Below, in pieces: positions 50,589 through 63,909 of a stretch of DNA of 64,000 nt (position 1 is the stretch's first letter; each line of letters begins with the position of its first letter). The position numbers and the translations under genes are program-made. The notes beneath the pieces are model-generated. The model did not search any database and was not told where the DNA came from. It worked only from the letters and a program-made list of their open reading frames with translations. This DNA is from Harriotta raleighana (lineage: Eukaryota), in assembly GCA_050575255.1 (NCBI GenBank), contig JBNZDD010013494.1, forward strand, positions 584,557 to 648,556, read 5' to 3'.

Positions 50589-50691
50589 ATTTTTCAGGGG
50601 GAGTTATTGTAATGGTCTGAGCTGTAAATTCTTCATCAAAATACCGAGTATCTGTCTCTGATGATACCTGAGGCTTGAAAGGAGGTAAAAG
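50589..50691 (-). CDS. AKT3: AKT3 penultimate coding exon ([34 protein letters not shown]), AGC C-tail with turn motif TPP
   Basis: Not in the ORF track; read manually. Acceptor ctcttacag|CTT, donor AAAAAT|gtaagt; 103 nt; PPFKP, YFD and TPP motifs. Confidence 0.96.
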
Positions 50692-50905
50692 CTGTAAGAG
50701 TGGAAAAAGTAGAAATTATAACAACATAGTGAAAATAAAGGGTTATTCGGAATGGTAGACACCTGCACTATTCAAATATATTGCGCCTTGTCAAAGCATG
50801 CTCATTGCACAAACCCAAACATTCAGAATTAATTATCAACCAGCAGTCTAACAAGCATCTCCTCAGAATTAAGCTAATCTTTTTAAATCACTGCACAAAA
50901 TAGCA

Positions 50906-52390
50906 TAACAATAACAACAAAATTACATTTGTATAGCACCTTGACTGTTGGGTGGACGGCCCAAGGTATTCCGGACCCGAGCTGTGAGTCGGGATTGGGG
51001 AAGTTAGAGAGTGGGTGGGAGGGGAAATTGAAGGAAAACAAGGTAAAAGAAAAGGGGGGCCTTGAGGTGGGTCTTGAAGGAGGTAAGGGATGAGCTGAGG
51101 TGGAAGGATTGCGGGATGGAGTTCCACAGGGTTGGAGCAGAGTGGCTGAAGGCACGCCCGCCAACGGTGGAGGATGTGAAGCAGGCTGGAGTCCACTAAG
51201 CGGAGAGCGCGGACGGATTGGTAGGGTGTTACGAGGACGCTGGGGTAGGGAGAGCCATGGAGGGTTTTGAAGGTAAGAACTAGGATCTTGAATTCTATCC
51301 TCTGTGTGATGGGAAGCCAGTAGAGTCGGGCGAGGGTAGCGGTTGGTCCTGGAGCCTAGTCCAGGAGGACACGGGCTGCAGAGTTCCAGATGATCTGAAG
51401 CCTCTGGAGGGAGGAGTTGGCCAACTAGCAAGGAGTTTGCATAGTCAAGCCTGGGTGTTATGAATACATGTACAAGTTTTGGCGGCCTGCGGTATGATAG
51501 TGGCGGAGCTATGCAACATTGCAGAGATGGAGGAAGGCAGACCAGATCATGGCACAGATGTGGGGTAGAAAGGATACCTGAGGGTCAAACAAGACACCAA
51601 GGTTCCGTAGTGGCTTAGTGAGGTGGAGTATGCATCCATGGATGGCAATGCTATCAGTGCCTGAGACGTGTAGGGGTTGAAAGGGGCCAATCCGGAGGCA
51701 CTCGGTCTTGTTGACGTTCAACTGAAGAAAGTTAGCTCTCATCTAGGACATGATAGCAGTTGTCCTGGAGTCAAGCATGGAGGCAGAGAAATACAGTTGG
51801 TGTCATCCGCGTACATGTGGAAATCGACCCCATGTCTGTGGATGAAATCACCAAGACGGAGCATGTACATGTTGAAGAGGGGAACAAGGAGAGAGCCCTG
51901 AGGAACACTGCACAAGATGGTGTGGGGTCTAGATGAGAAACGGTTTATGGAGATGAAGTGGAGGTGGTGTGAGAGGAAGGATCTGAACCATCCAAGGTCA
52001 AAACCATGAAGCTTGAGGTGAGAGGGTGGAGGAGGATAAGAGTGGTCGATGGTGTCAACGGCAGCAGAGAGGTCAAAGGAGGACGAGGAGGCAGAGGGAG
52101 CTCTGGTCAGAGATGGAGGAGTTAAGGGAGATAAAGTGTTGGTCCGAGATGGCTTTGTCTGTGAGTGAATCCGAGACAGTGAATGATGACTAGATCGAGG
52201 GGGTGACCACTTACGTAGGTGGCGAAGTGGATGTGGAGGTTGAGGGAGGATAGGAGGCAATAGAATTTTGAGGGAAAAGTTGGAAGGGTGATCAAGGTTA
52301 AGGTGCTCAAAGGAGGGGAAGGTTTCAGAGGAGTAAGAGGATAGGCCAAGCAGGACCGGGAGATGAGAGCCACATCACCACCACGGCGGT
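50906..52390 (-). mobile_element. L2-type LINE with internal deletions (endonuclease remnant, RT core, 3' tail)
   Basis: Peptides GHPLDLV, FDLSAAVDTIDH, SVPQGSLLVPLF, FHMYADDT and NFLQLNVNKTE; tail at about 50906-50950. Confidence 0.9.
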
Positions 52391-53145
52391 TGAAGTTGTA
52401 GTTTTAGCAATTAGTAGGATAATGTCACACAACAAACAATATAGATAAATATTTAGGCAAGTCCTAAGAACAAACAAAAATTCTGTCTCCTCCTTAACCT
52501 TTTCAAGAGTGCAATCCTGAATTAACATCCATGCCATGCACGTGCCAGATTTCAGTTTCCTAAATAAAAAAAATTGTAAAAATGGAGTTGGGGAAATACA
52601 CATATGTGCAACTACCTTCCAGGAATCCAGGTCTGGGGTCAATGATTGATTTTGGCATTGGAATCATTTAAAATAATCTCTTAAAATTCACTTGATCTAC
52701 TAGAAATGTTTCCCAAGTATATTTTAAAATAGTTTCCTTCACACATCAATTTACTAACGAGCAAGCCTTATTTACTTCTTTTAACATAATGAAATGAAAT
52801 TCATTGCTATTGGTTGGTTTCATTTTATCACTGACCCAATAAGTCCACGATCCAGTTAATGAAATGGTGCTGCTTGCTATTGTAGCAAATCCCTTACTTA
52901 TAGTGAAGACACATTTAAACGACATGGCTGGCAAATTTATAAAATCTCAACCAGCACTACAATGAGACTGTGATAGCAGTCTACAATGAGACTATTTTAA
53001 CTGTCCAGTTGCTCATTTCCTAAACATTTAGGAAACTACACTGATGGCAACCCAATGCCTCGGAAATTGGCCATTTTAGGATAAGGTCTGGCTGGCACTC
53101 AGGAAGCGAGTGAGCCAGCTATGCACAAATTAATTTAATGTATGT

Positions 53146-53455
53146 GGAGCTCCTGTGGCTCAGTGGTTAGAGCACTCGCCTTACAAGCATGAGACCTGTG
53201 TTCGAATCCAGGCTGATCAGGGCGAAACCTTCGGCAAGTTTCCTTACTCCACATGCCTAATAATAATTCCTCCAAAAAAACACAATAATAAAAATTGATC
53301 ATTTCAATCCATGACTGTTTGTGGGACACTGCTGTGCGCAACTGGCTGCCGCATTCCGCCCACAGTCAATTCACTCTACAGTATATTCTGTGAAGCTGCT
53401 TTGGGACATTGATAAGATGTGAAAAGCACTATAATAAATGCAAGGATTATCATTA
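53146..53455 (+). mobile_element. Full-length tRNA-derived SINE
   Basis: TGGCTCAGTGG A box, GTTCGAATCC B box, conserved body and tail. Confidence 0.9.
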
Positions 53456-54659
53456 TATATTATAGTATATTATTATTATATATATTACACAATAAATTTG
53501 TGTACTGCATTCTCTGGCATCTAATGTTAATGGTTATTCGTGATGTTTGAGGATAGGCACTGAATGTCAAGAAACTATTGTCCATCAGGTCATCCCAGTT
53601 CTATTAACTCCAACTTAACTTCCATTAACATCAAAACAAACTATTTCCCACAGGACTGACTGGATACTAATCACAAAAAGGTACAATGGGGCTAACCTTC
53701 TACCTTCTCCCCCTACCAACCCCTCATCCCAGGGTGACTGAGCCCACTCCCCTCTCTCACATTGAGTTAATTCAATACTACCTGAAGAATCTGTAAAGGC
53801 AAGATCCACAACAAACAACAAAATTATACTTGTATAGTGCCTTTCACGTCGAGAGGACGTCCCAAAGCGCTGAAAGATCTACTAAAATAACAAGAGTTCC
53901 AAAACATACTTTCCACTCCAGCCTTTACAAAGAAGAACACAGAGAGAAATGGGAACCGGTTACACAGCTCAATGGTAGGAGCAAGTTTTCTAGTCAGTTA
54001 AGTGGGAAAGCAGTAATGATTCTACTATTTACTTTAATGTTCTGTGTTTTAGGTGATTTATGTGCCATAGCATTGAGTATTTTTTAAATAATGTTAAATC
54101 TCTGCAACAACAAAGGTGTAAAACAAGGGAGCCATTAGGCACATCAACAGTCAATAATTTATGTGCACTCTCATTATTCCACCCCAAGCTACCACTACAA
54201 TAGCCAAGGAGGGAATCAAATGCATGATACAATCATACCACAAAGAGAAGCACATTGAATATAAGCTGTTGTAGTAAAAAAGGATCATTCAATGGAATGC
54301 AAATTATTTGGTCTCTCTACAGCTGGCGCCATATTGTTTCCCTGCCCCCATCATGTATTTTTATTTCCTCACCACCAAAATACAATTACATTCTCAGGAT
54401 GTTGAACTCTATTATTTTATACCAGCTGTTCGCTAAGTTTGTTTGACATCAGAGATCAGCTAAACTGGAAACCAGGGTCCCTGCCCAATCGAAGTTGCTG
54501 GGTATCTAGAGGGATGCAGGCACTGAGATACTGATGATGAAAGAAAATGCTGCAAATGCTGAGAATCAATTGCAGATCAGCCAGAATCAAGAAGGAAATT
54601 CAAGTTAACGTTTTAGGCATGATTATAGATTGTACCCAAAACAATTTAAGATTTCTGCT

Positions 54660-54862
54660 ATAAACAAAACACAAAATACTACAGATGCTGGAAATCTGAA
54701 ATAAAAACAGAAGTTAGTGGGAAAACTCAGCAGAAAAAGGAAAGTGAGTCAACGTTTCGACCTTTCGTCGTGCAACCGAAATGTTGACTCACTTTTGTTT
54801 CTCCATGGATGCTGCCTGACCTGCTGAGTATTCCCACCAACCTCTGTTTTTGTTTAAGATTT
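54660..54862. mobile_element. Palindromic non-autonomous element, Penelope-like (related fragments at about 54540-54615 and 63565-63650)
   Basis: Long imperfect inverted repeat centred on GAGTCAACGTTTCG...CGAAATGTTGACTC. Confidence 0.55.
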
Positions 54863-57134
54863 GTACTGATTGAAGATTTGCAGTGAACTGCCGGCATATT
54901 TCTAGTGTCGGCTTTAGAGTTATTCTCCAAATAGATAGTTTAAAGCAGAACTACGTGAAACACTATATGTGCCTTTGATGTGCCAAATGCTTTTCTTGGT
55001 AAGAATTCCCCTTTACAATCATGGGTGTTAAAACCTACATCAATGAAGTGAATTTAAATTGTCGGGAGGAGGATATTAAAGTACTCAGTTCATTACCTTA
55101 ATTAAAACAAGTCACCTGAAAAAATTCCTACCTTACAGGAAATATTTAAATTCAAATGGCATTCTCTAACTCCATGGAGCCATGATATTCTAACCCCACA
55201 CTAACCAGCCTGAGTATATATGGAGTATCGGGTGTCAATCAGCAAATCCAATAAAAATGACCATACCTTGTAATTATCCTTGAAACATGATACCATTATA
55301 TACACCTTTAGTAAAAGCATTATAAAATTATAAAATATAAAGTTGGGTCTTGAAATGACAGGTTCATGTTTCAGATCTAGAATTAGCAGTTTGAAAAACT
55401 TTAATTATGAGAGTTGATTAACTGAGATCAAGTGCTCTGTGACTCAGAAGCTACAGGGCAGCCTTCAATTCAGAGCCCATAACATCGCAACCCACCCTAT
55501 AACAATACACAATTTCATTTCACATGAGCAAAACTCACTGACGCATTTTCTGTAGACTATATTAAAAAAAGGGATAACTTCCAGGTCATCTGATCTTATT
55601 GATGTCATTTAAGTGGGTCTCCTCGGGAGCTGAACTGGCTCTAAGGTGACATGCCTGGCTATAGAATGTTGGAATGGAGCCAGCCCTCTCTGGCGGTCTC
55701 GATAATCTGGATCCTGAGCCAGACAAGTCCGCAGTAATCCAGGGCACGGCTGAGGACCGCACAGCCAGCCTGGCTCATCGGCAGCACCTGGAAGGGCAGA
55801 CCAGTCATGTCACTTTGTGTCTGCTGGTCAAGCACAGTACACAGGAAAGGACACCAGCGATGAACTATTGACCTGGGAATTGGCTATTTTGGACCAGAAT
55901 GAGAGCAGTCAAGCTGCCTAAATGTACAGTGAATAGCGTCTATGACTCAAGGGTGTTATAATCTAATCAGTGCTAAAAAGAGGCAGGTTATAATGGAGCT
56001 GCACTGCAACTTATGGCTCCTTAAAGGCTACCCAATGGAAAATATTTGCTTCAATTTAATATTCCTTTTACTATTTTCAATAATGATATTACTATTTTCA
56101 ATATAGAAATATTACACCTGTTATAGTATCAATTTCAAGTGAAAATGATGTCATTTTAGGCTTCACTGCAGTTTCACAAATTGAATTAGACACAATAAAA
56201 TTCAAGTAACATTAGAATGAACACATTTACACACTTTCAGAGATAAACCCCAATACCCCAATAAATCCCTGTTCCAGCCAAATTAGAGCACACCTAGAGT
56301 ATAAACAAGCATTAGTAAGTTTTAAAATACACAAGGTGCATTGTTCTGCCATCGAAACCCATCCCATTTTGTTGACAAGCTGAAAACCAAGTAAGCTCAT
56401 GCGTGGCTGGCAAAGTTAAGGTCAAGCAACACTAGAGCTTAAACTGGTTTTAAATATGGTTTCATAGACAACATCTTAAAAGCAACAGTACCAGACAGCT
56501 CTTTTCTTCTGGGAAACTACAGGAATTAGAGGGGAGAAATTTGGGAAGAAATTAATTATGTGTAACACTTTAATATACCATCTCGAGTTTAAAATACAGA
56601 TTTCAGGCTGCAGGGAAGTTGCGCGAAAAGTTAAGAGATAGTCAGGCTTCAGTTTCACATTTGTTCCTTGGTTATTTCTAATTGTGAAACATCAACAACA
56701 AAAAGATGACAAACTAGTTCAAAACATAACTTTATAATTTTGCAATGATTTGTTGGCCTTTCAGGCACCAATGACTCCTAACAGGTGAGATAAATGCTGC
56801 ATCAGCACTAATTCAGCACTAAAATAGTGTTCTATACATTGCAAAGAAAAACTATAGCTTTAAAGTCAGTTGAGCAATGCCCAACAGTTTATTCTACAAT
56901 TGTTTTTTTCTAACTGAATTTTCTCCATTTAAAACTGAGCAATTTATCAGCTATAAAAAGTACACATATTTATTGAACTGTAAAAAAAACTGAAGGTCAT
57001 TATTTATAATTTATTGACTAATAGGTTAAATATTACCAAAATATATTGTATAATATATTTTATACACTTCTCACTTAATTTTTCCAACAGATAATAGGAG
57101 TAACTAGATTGAGGATCCTCTCGTATCTCAATTG

Positions 57135-57420
57135 ATGAAACAACAACAATTTTTAGAGTGCCTTTCACGTCGGGAGGACGGGACCCGAGCAAGGGGGAGT
57201 GGGTGGGAGGGGGGAGGGGGAGGGGGGTGGACGGAGAGTGTTGGGAGGGAAGGGAGAGAGATGGGAGGGCGGCAGAAGGCACAATCGAAGAGGAGGGGCT
57301 TGAGACTGGCCTTGAAGGAAGGAAGGGAGGAAGCAAGGCGAAGGGATTGTAGGATGGAGTTCTGGAGTATCAAAGAGGGTGAAAACCTAACCACCGATGG
57401 TAGGGCAATGGAAAGTCGAT
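57135..57420 (-). mobile_element. L2-type LINE 3' end (duplicate at about 61419-61704)
   Basis: Peptide SFKASLKPLLFD and (CAA)n tail. Confidence 0.85.
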
Positions 57421-57633
57421 TGAAAATAATGGAAGTAACTTTGACAAAATTACGTGGGTTTAAAATACTATTGTTTATACTTGGGGTCAATACCTTTTGA
57501 AGTTGAAAACGTTCAGTTGGTTAGAGCAGAGATTTTAACCAATATTTATTCTTTATCAATTGCAGATTAATTAAACCTTACCTTGCCAACCCCTGGTGGT
57601 CAAGATTAGAAAAGGTGATTGAAATGCACTAAC

Positions 57634-57721
57634 CTTTTTGTCATAAACATCCTGCCAGTTAATTCCAGTAAAAAAGCTATGCTGCATGATGTCCTTTGCA
57701 TCTTCTGGACCTCCACCAAGC
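57634..57721 (-). CDS. AKT3: AKT3 88-nt exon, copy left of the N gap (duplicate of 61918-62005)
   Basis: Same coding sequence and GT/AG sites as 61918-62005. Confidence 0.9.
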
Positions 57722-59026
57722 CTAATAATATTTTTGAAAAACAGAAAACGATTGATGCCTACATAATGTCAAACAATTCTGCTTCATTTGCTCACTGAAA
57801 AAAATTATATTGGTTGACATCTACACAGTGAAAAATAATGGCCATGTTCTCGCTATCTGACTGGTTAGCATGTAATTGGACAGCTATACCAGTAAGTTCA
57901 ATTTAGGCACAGAGTGCTTTTTTTCTCCATGTAAGTATGGCAATTTAATCTTCAAGTCATTCACCAACTTGCAGCTGAAGGGACAGGGAGACAACCTGCT
58001 CAGATCCCTTCATCTCAGCCAATCAGGCTAGAGGGTTGAGCTGCAGAAGTGCACAGCAGTGGCCAGAGGATGAGACTCCATCTGATATTCCCTTCCCCTG
58101 TGGGAAGGCATCTGGACCCTGCTTACGGCCTCCTATAGAAGTGAGATAAAGATTAGCATAGAGAGTGGGTGAAATCAATCTGTGCTCTGATGTGTTGCAC
58201 CACAAGTGCACTTTCTCTTTAAAAATAGCTTAAATTTCACATTCTGGTTTGCAATTCAGTTCATGCTGTATTCTTATTTTTAGAATAAGATTTTTAGAAT
58301 TCAAAACCACCGGTGAGGCAGCAGATTGTGCAGTGGTTTGCTGTGAAGTGACAAGACAATAATTCCATCATAGTAAACATGTGACTTTTGCTGGGCCATC
58401 ATCAAAGGTGCTGAGAAAATTAATTCAAGATAAGTCACTCTGCAACTATTAAAGGTCAGTATCAAATAGAATTCCCAGCAACCTGAGAGTAGCTCACCCT
58501 GTGCTTGAACCCACAACCTTCTAACCCGGAGGTGCAAGTGCTCCCGCTGGCACTGGCAGACTGACACACAAAAGGATTTTCAAAATACTTTTACTTGGGA
58601 GACTCTTGGAGTAAGGAATTTTCTGCCACAAACTGTTGTTAAATCAACTGTCCATATTCCCAGAAGTGTTAGTGACTGCATAAGAACGATCTAGATACTG
58701 ATGGCTGATGAGTAGTGCTGTTTAAGAATTTAAAATCAATCATCTTTCAATATAGAATCAAGCAATGTATATTTGTCATGCACACATTTAAAGAAGAATA
58801 CATCGAGGTATTACTGTATTTTCTATACAAATGCAAATCATCAAAACAAATGGTCATTCTAACTGCAAACTATAGATTACACATTCTTGCACTATAATGG
58901 TACACAGATACAAATGTCCCATCTTGAAATTAAATTACTGTACCCCACAGATTATTTCAATGGTTGCCATATGGAACTTTAATCTAATGGCTTTAAGAAA
59001 TTTAAGAAACAAGATGCATGTCATAC

Positions 59027-59241
59027 CTTTTATTTGGATCTTTTATAAGTAATCCCGACAGCAATGATTTTGCATCAGAAGAAAGAGTCCTAGGAAATTT
59101 AATGTCCTCCATTAGGATCAGTTCAAATAGCTTCTCGTGGTCCTGGTTATAAAAAGGCAGCCGACCACACATCATCTCATACATGACGACACCCAGGCCC
59201 CACCAGTCAACAGCACGGCCATAGTCATTGTCTTCTAAAAC
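59027..59241 (-). CDS. AKT3: AKT3 215-nt kinase exon, copy left of the N gap (duplicate of 63310-63524)
   Basis: Same sequence and splice sites as 63310-63524; lies within the 3.4-kb duplication flanking the 882-N gap. Confidence 0.9.
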
Positions 59242-59284
59242 CTGTCCAAGAAAACAGAGAAGACATAATATTTCTTGTTCTGAC

Positions 59285-60166
59285 NNNNNNNNNNNNNNNN
59301 NNNNNNNNNNNNNNNNNNNNNNNNNNNNNNNNNNNNNNNNNNNNNNNNNNNNNNNNNNNNNNNNNNNNNNNNNNNNNNNNNNNNNNNNNNNNNNNNNNNN
59401 NNNNNNNNNNNNNNNNNNNNNNNNNNNNNNNNNNNNNNNNNNNNNNNNNNNNNNNNNNNNNNNNNNNNNNNNNNNNNNNNNNNNNNNNNNNNNNNNNNNN
59501 NNNNNNNNNNNNNNNNNNNNNNNNNNNNNNNNNNNNNNNNNNNNNNNNNNNNNNNNNNNNNNNNNNNNNNNNNNNNNNNNNNNNNNNNNNNNNNNNNNNN
59601 NNNNNNNNNNNNNNNNNNNNNNNNNNNNNNNNNNNNNNNNNNNNNNNNNNNNNNNNNNNNNNNNNNNNNNNNNNNNNNNNNNNNNNNNNNNNNNNNNNNN
59701 NNNNNNNNNNNNNNNNNNNNNNNNNNNNNNNNNNNNNNNNNNNNNNNNNNNNNNNNNNNNNNNNNNNNNNNNNNNNNNNNNNNNNNNNNNNNNNNNNNNN
59801 NNNNNNNNNNNNNNNNNNNNNNNNNNNNNNNNNNNNNNNNNNNNNNNNNNNNNNNNNNNNNNNNNNNNNNNNNNNNNNNNNNNNNNNNNNNNNNNNNNNN
59901 NNNNNNNNNNNNNNNNNNNNNNNNNNNNNNNNNNNNNNNNNNNNNNNNNNNNNNNNNNNNNNNNNNNNNNNNNNNNNNNNNNNNNNNNNNNNNNNNNNNN
60001 NNNNNNNNNNNNNNNNNNNNNNNNNNNNNNNNNNNNNNNNNNNNNNNNNNNNNNNNNNNNNNNNNNNNNNNNNNNNNNNNNNNNNNNNNNNNNNNNNNNN
60101 NNNNNNNNNNNNNNNNNNNNNNNNNNNNNNNNNNNNNNNNNNNNNNNNNNNNNNNNNNNNNNNNNG
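59285..60166. other. Assembly gap (882 N)
   Basis: Run of N. Confidence 1.
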
Positions 60167-61917
60167 GCTATTTTGGACCAGAATGAGAGCAGTCAGGCTG
60201 CCTAAATGTACAGTGAATAGCGTCTATGACTCAAGGGTGTTATAATCTAATCAGTGCTAAAAAGAGGCAGGTTATAATGGAGCTGCACTGCAACTTATGG
60301 CTCCTTAAAGGCTACCCAATGGAAAATATTTGCTTCAATTTAATATTCCTTTTACTATTTTCAATAATGATATTACTATTTTCAATATAGAAATATTACA
60401 CCTGTTATAGTATCAATTTCAAGTGAAAATGATGTCATTTTAGGCTTCACTGCAGTTTCACAAATTGAATTAGACACAATAAAATTCAAGTAACATTAGA
60501 ATGAACACATTTACACACTTTCAGAGATAAACCCCAATACCCCAATAAATCCCTGTTCCAGCCAAATTAGAGCACACCTAGAGTATAAACAAGCATTAGT
60601 AAGTTTTAAAATACACAAGGTGCATTGTTCTGCCATCGAAACCCATCCCATTTTGTTGACAAGCTGAAAACCAAGTAAGCTCATGCGTGGCTGGCAAAGT
60701 TAAGGTCAAGCAACACTAGAGCTTAAACTGGTTTTAAATATGGTTTCATAGACAACATCTTAAAAGCAACAGTACCAGACAGCTCTTTTCTTCTGGGAAA
60801 CTACAGGAATTAGAGGGGAGAAATTTGGGAAGAAATTAATTATGTGTAACACTTTAATATACCATCTCGAGTTTAAAATACAGATTTCAGGCTGCAGGGA
60901 AGTTGCGCGAAAAGTTAAGAGATAGTCAGGCTTCAGTTTCACATTTGTTCCTTGGTTATTTCTAATTGTGAAACATCAACAACAAAAAGATGACAAACTA
61001 GTTCAAAACATAACTTTATAATTTTGCAATGATTTGTTGGCCTTTCAGGCACCAATGACTCCTAACAGGTGAGATAAATGCTGCATCAGCACTAATTCAG
61101 CACTAAAATAGTGTTCTATACATTGCAAAGAAAAACTATAGCTTTAAAGTCAGTTGAGCAATGCCCAACAGTTTATTCTACAATTGTTTTTTTCTAACTG
61201 AATTTTCTCCATTTAAAACTGAGCAATTTATCAGCTATAAAAAGTACACATATTTATTGAACTGTAAAAAAAACTGAAGGTCATTATTTATAATTTATTG
61301 ACTAATAGGTTAAATATTACCAAAATATATTGTATAATATATTTTATACACTTCTCACTTAATTTTTCCAACAGATAATAGGAGTAACTAGATTGAGGAT
61401 CCTCTCGTATCTCAATTGATGAAACAACAACAATTTTTAGAGTGCCTTTCACGTCGGGAGGACGGGACCCGAGCAAGGGGGAGTGGGTGGGAGGGGGGAG
61501 GGGGAGGGGGGTGGAGGGAGAGTGTTGGGAGGGAAGGGAGAGAGATGGGAGGGCGGCAGAAGGCACAATCGAAGAGGAGGGGCTTGAGACTGGCCTTGAA
61601 GGAAGGAAGGGAGGAAGCAAGGCGAAGGGATTGTAGGATGGAGTTCTGGAGTATCAAAGAGGGTGAAAACCTAACCACCGATGGTAGGGCAATGGAAAGT
61701 CGATTGAAAATAATGGAAGTAACTTTGACAAAATTACGTGGGTTTAAAATACTATTGTTTATACTTGGGGTCAATACCTTTTGAAGTTGAAAACGTTCAG
61801 TTGGTTAGAGCAGAGATTTTAACCAATATTTATTCTTTATCAATTGCAGATTAATTAAACCTTACCTTGCCAACCCCTGGTGGTCAAGATTAGAAAAGGT
61901 GATTGAAATGCACTAAC

Positions 61918-62005
61918 CTTTTTGTCATAAACATCCTGCCAGTTAATTCCAGTAAAAAAGCTATGCTGCATGATGTCCTTTGCATCTTCTGGACCTCCAC
62001 CAAGC
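61918..62005 (-). CDS. AKT3: AKT3 exon ((R)[29 protein letters not shown]), copy right of the N gap
   Basis: 88-nt exon, acceptor tattattag|G, donor AAAAAG|gttagt. Phase matches the preceding 215-nt exon (AG|G = Arg). Confidence 0.95.
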
Positions 62006-63309
62006 CTAATAATATTTTTGAAAAACAGAAAACGATTAATGCCTACATAATGTAAACAATTCTGCTTCATTTGCTCACTGAAAAAAATTATATTGGTTGA
62101 CATCTACACAGTGAAAAATAATGGCCATGTTCTCGCTATCTGACTGGTTAGCATGTAATTGGACAGCTATACCAGTAAGTTCAATTTAGGCACAGAGTGC
62201 TTTTTTTCTCCATGTAAGTATGGCAATTTAATCTTCAAGTCATTCACCAACTTGCAGCTGAAGGGACAGGGAGACAACCTGCTCAGATCCCTTCATCTCA
62301 GCCAATCAGGCTAGAGGGTTGAGCTGCAGAAGTGCACAGCAGTGGCCAGAGGATGAGACTCCATCTGATATTCCCTTCCCCTGTGGGAAGGCATCTGGAC
62401 CCTGCTTACGGCCTCCTATAGAAGTGAGATAAAGATTAGCATAGAGAGTGGGTGAAATCAATCTGTGCTCTGATGTGTTGCACCACAAGTGCACTTTCTC
62501 TTTAAAAATAGCTTCAATTTCACATTCTGGTTTGCAATTCAGTTCATGCTGTATTCTTATTTTTAGAATAAGATTTTTAGAATTCAAAACCACCGGTGAG
62601 GCAGCAGATTGTGCAGTGGTTTGCTGTGAAGTGACAAGACAATAATTCCATCATAGTAAACATGTGACTTTTGCTGGGCCATCATCAAAGGTGCTGAGAA
62701 AATTAATTCAAGATAAGTCACTCTGCAACTATTAAAGGTCAGTATCAAATAGAATTCCCAGCAACCTGAGAGTAGCTCACCCTGTGCTTGAACCCACAAC
62801 CTTCTAACCCGGAGGTGCAAGTGCTCCCGCTGGCACTGGCAGACTGACACACAAAAGGATTTTCAAAATACTTTTACTTGGGAGACTCTTGGAGTAAGGA
62901 ATTTTCTGCCACAAACTGTTGTTAAATCAACTGTCCATATTCCCAGAAGTGTTAGTGACTGCATAAGAACGATCTAGATACTGATGGCTGATGAGTAGTG
63001 CTGTTTAAGAATTTAAAATCAATCATCTTTCAATATAGAATCAAGCAATGTATATTTGTCATGCACACATTTAAAGAAGAATACATCGAGGTATTACTGT
63101 ATTTTCTATACAAATGCAAATCATCAAAACAAATGGTCATTCTAACTGCAAACTATAGATTACACATTCTTGCACTATAATGGTACACAGATACAAATGT
63201 CCCATCTTGAAATTAAATTACTGTACCCCACAGATTATTTCAATGGTTGCCATATGGAACTTTAATCTAATGGCTTTAAGAAATTTAAGAAACAAGATGC
63301 ATGTCATAC

Positions 63310-63524
63310 CTTTTATTTGGATCTTTTATAAGTAATCCCGACAGCAATGATTTTGCATCAGAAGAAAGAGTCCTAGGAAATTTAATGTCCTCCATTAGGA
63401 TCAGTTCAAATAGCTTCTCGTGGTCCTGGTTATAAAAAGGCAGCCGACCACACATCATCTCATACATGACGACACCCAGGCCCCACCAGTCAACAGCACG
63501 GCCATAGTCATTGTCTTCTAAAAC
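63310..63524 (-). CDS. AKT3: AKT3 kinase-domain exon ([72 protein letters not shown]), copy right of the N gap
   Basis: Translation matches the AKT catalytic C-lobe; [21 protein letters not shown] is the AKT3-type sequence. Acceptor ttcttggacag|GTT, donor AAAAG|gtatga; 215 nt. Confidence 0.96.
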
Positions 63525-63909
63525 CTGTCCAAGAAAACAGAGAAGACATAATATTTCTTGTTCTGACCCCGAAATGTTGACTCACTTTTTCTTTTTCCAT
63601 AGATGTTGCCTGACCTGCTGATGTTCCCAGCGATTTCTGTTTGTGTTTCATGATAATCCTTGTATTTGATATAGCACTTTTCATGTCATATACTTTAATA
63701 AGACTTGAAAGATGTTTGCCTTAAACAGCCAACATTTTTTGAGGTCAGCTGGGTGTCTGCCACATAAAGAAACCCATCACCAAGCTTAAAAGTATCCAAA
63801 CCAAACTGAGTTTCAGATATGTATATAAACTACTCCTATAAAATGTGCACTCTATCTCTGGAGAGAGAGATAGTATTAGGTAAAGGTTGACCACAGGTTG
63901 ATTAGGATC

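Larger units (their letters stand above)
55882..63567. repeat. ~3.4-kb duplication (55882-59284 / 60167-63567) flanking an 882-N gap; includes two AKT3 exons
   Basis: Offset drifts from 4285 to 4283; only a few substitutions and indels; both inner breakpoints coincide with the gap edges. Confidence 0.92.

Noticed and set aside
53146-53225. tRNA gene (TAC-anticodon-like head)
   Set aside because: Continues directly into the SINE body and tail and occurs in many diverged copies; it is a SINE head, not a tRNA gene.
59228-60205. 325-aa ORF
   Set aside because: Consists almost entirely of the N gap.
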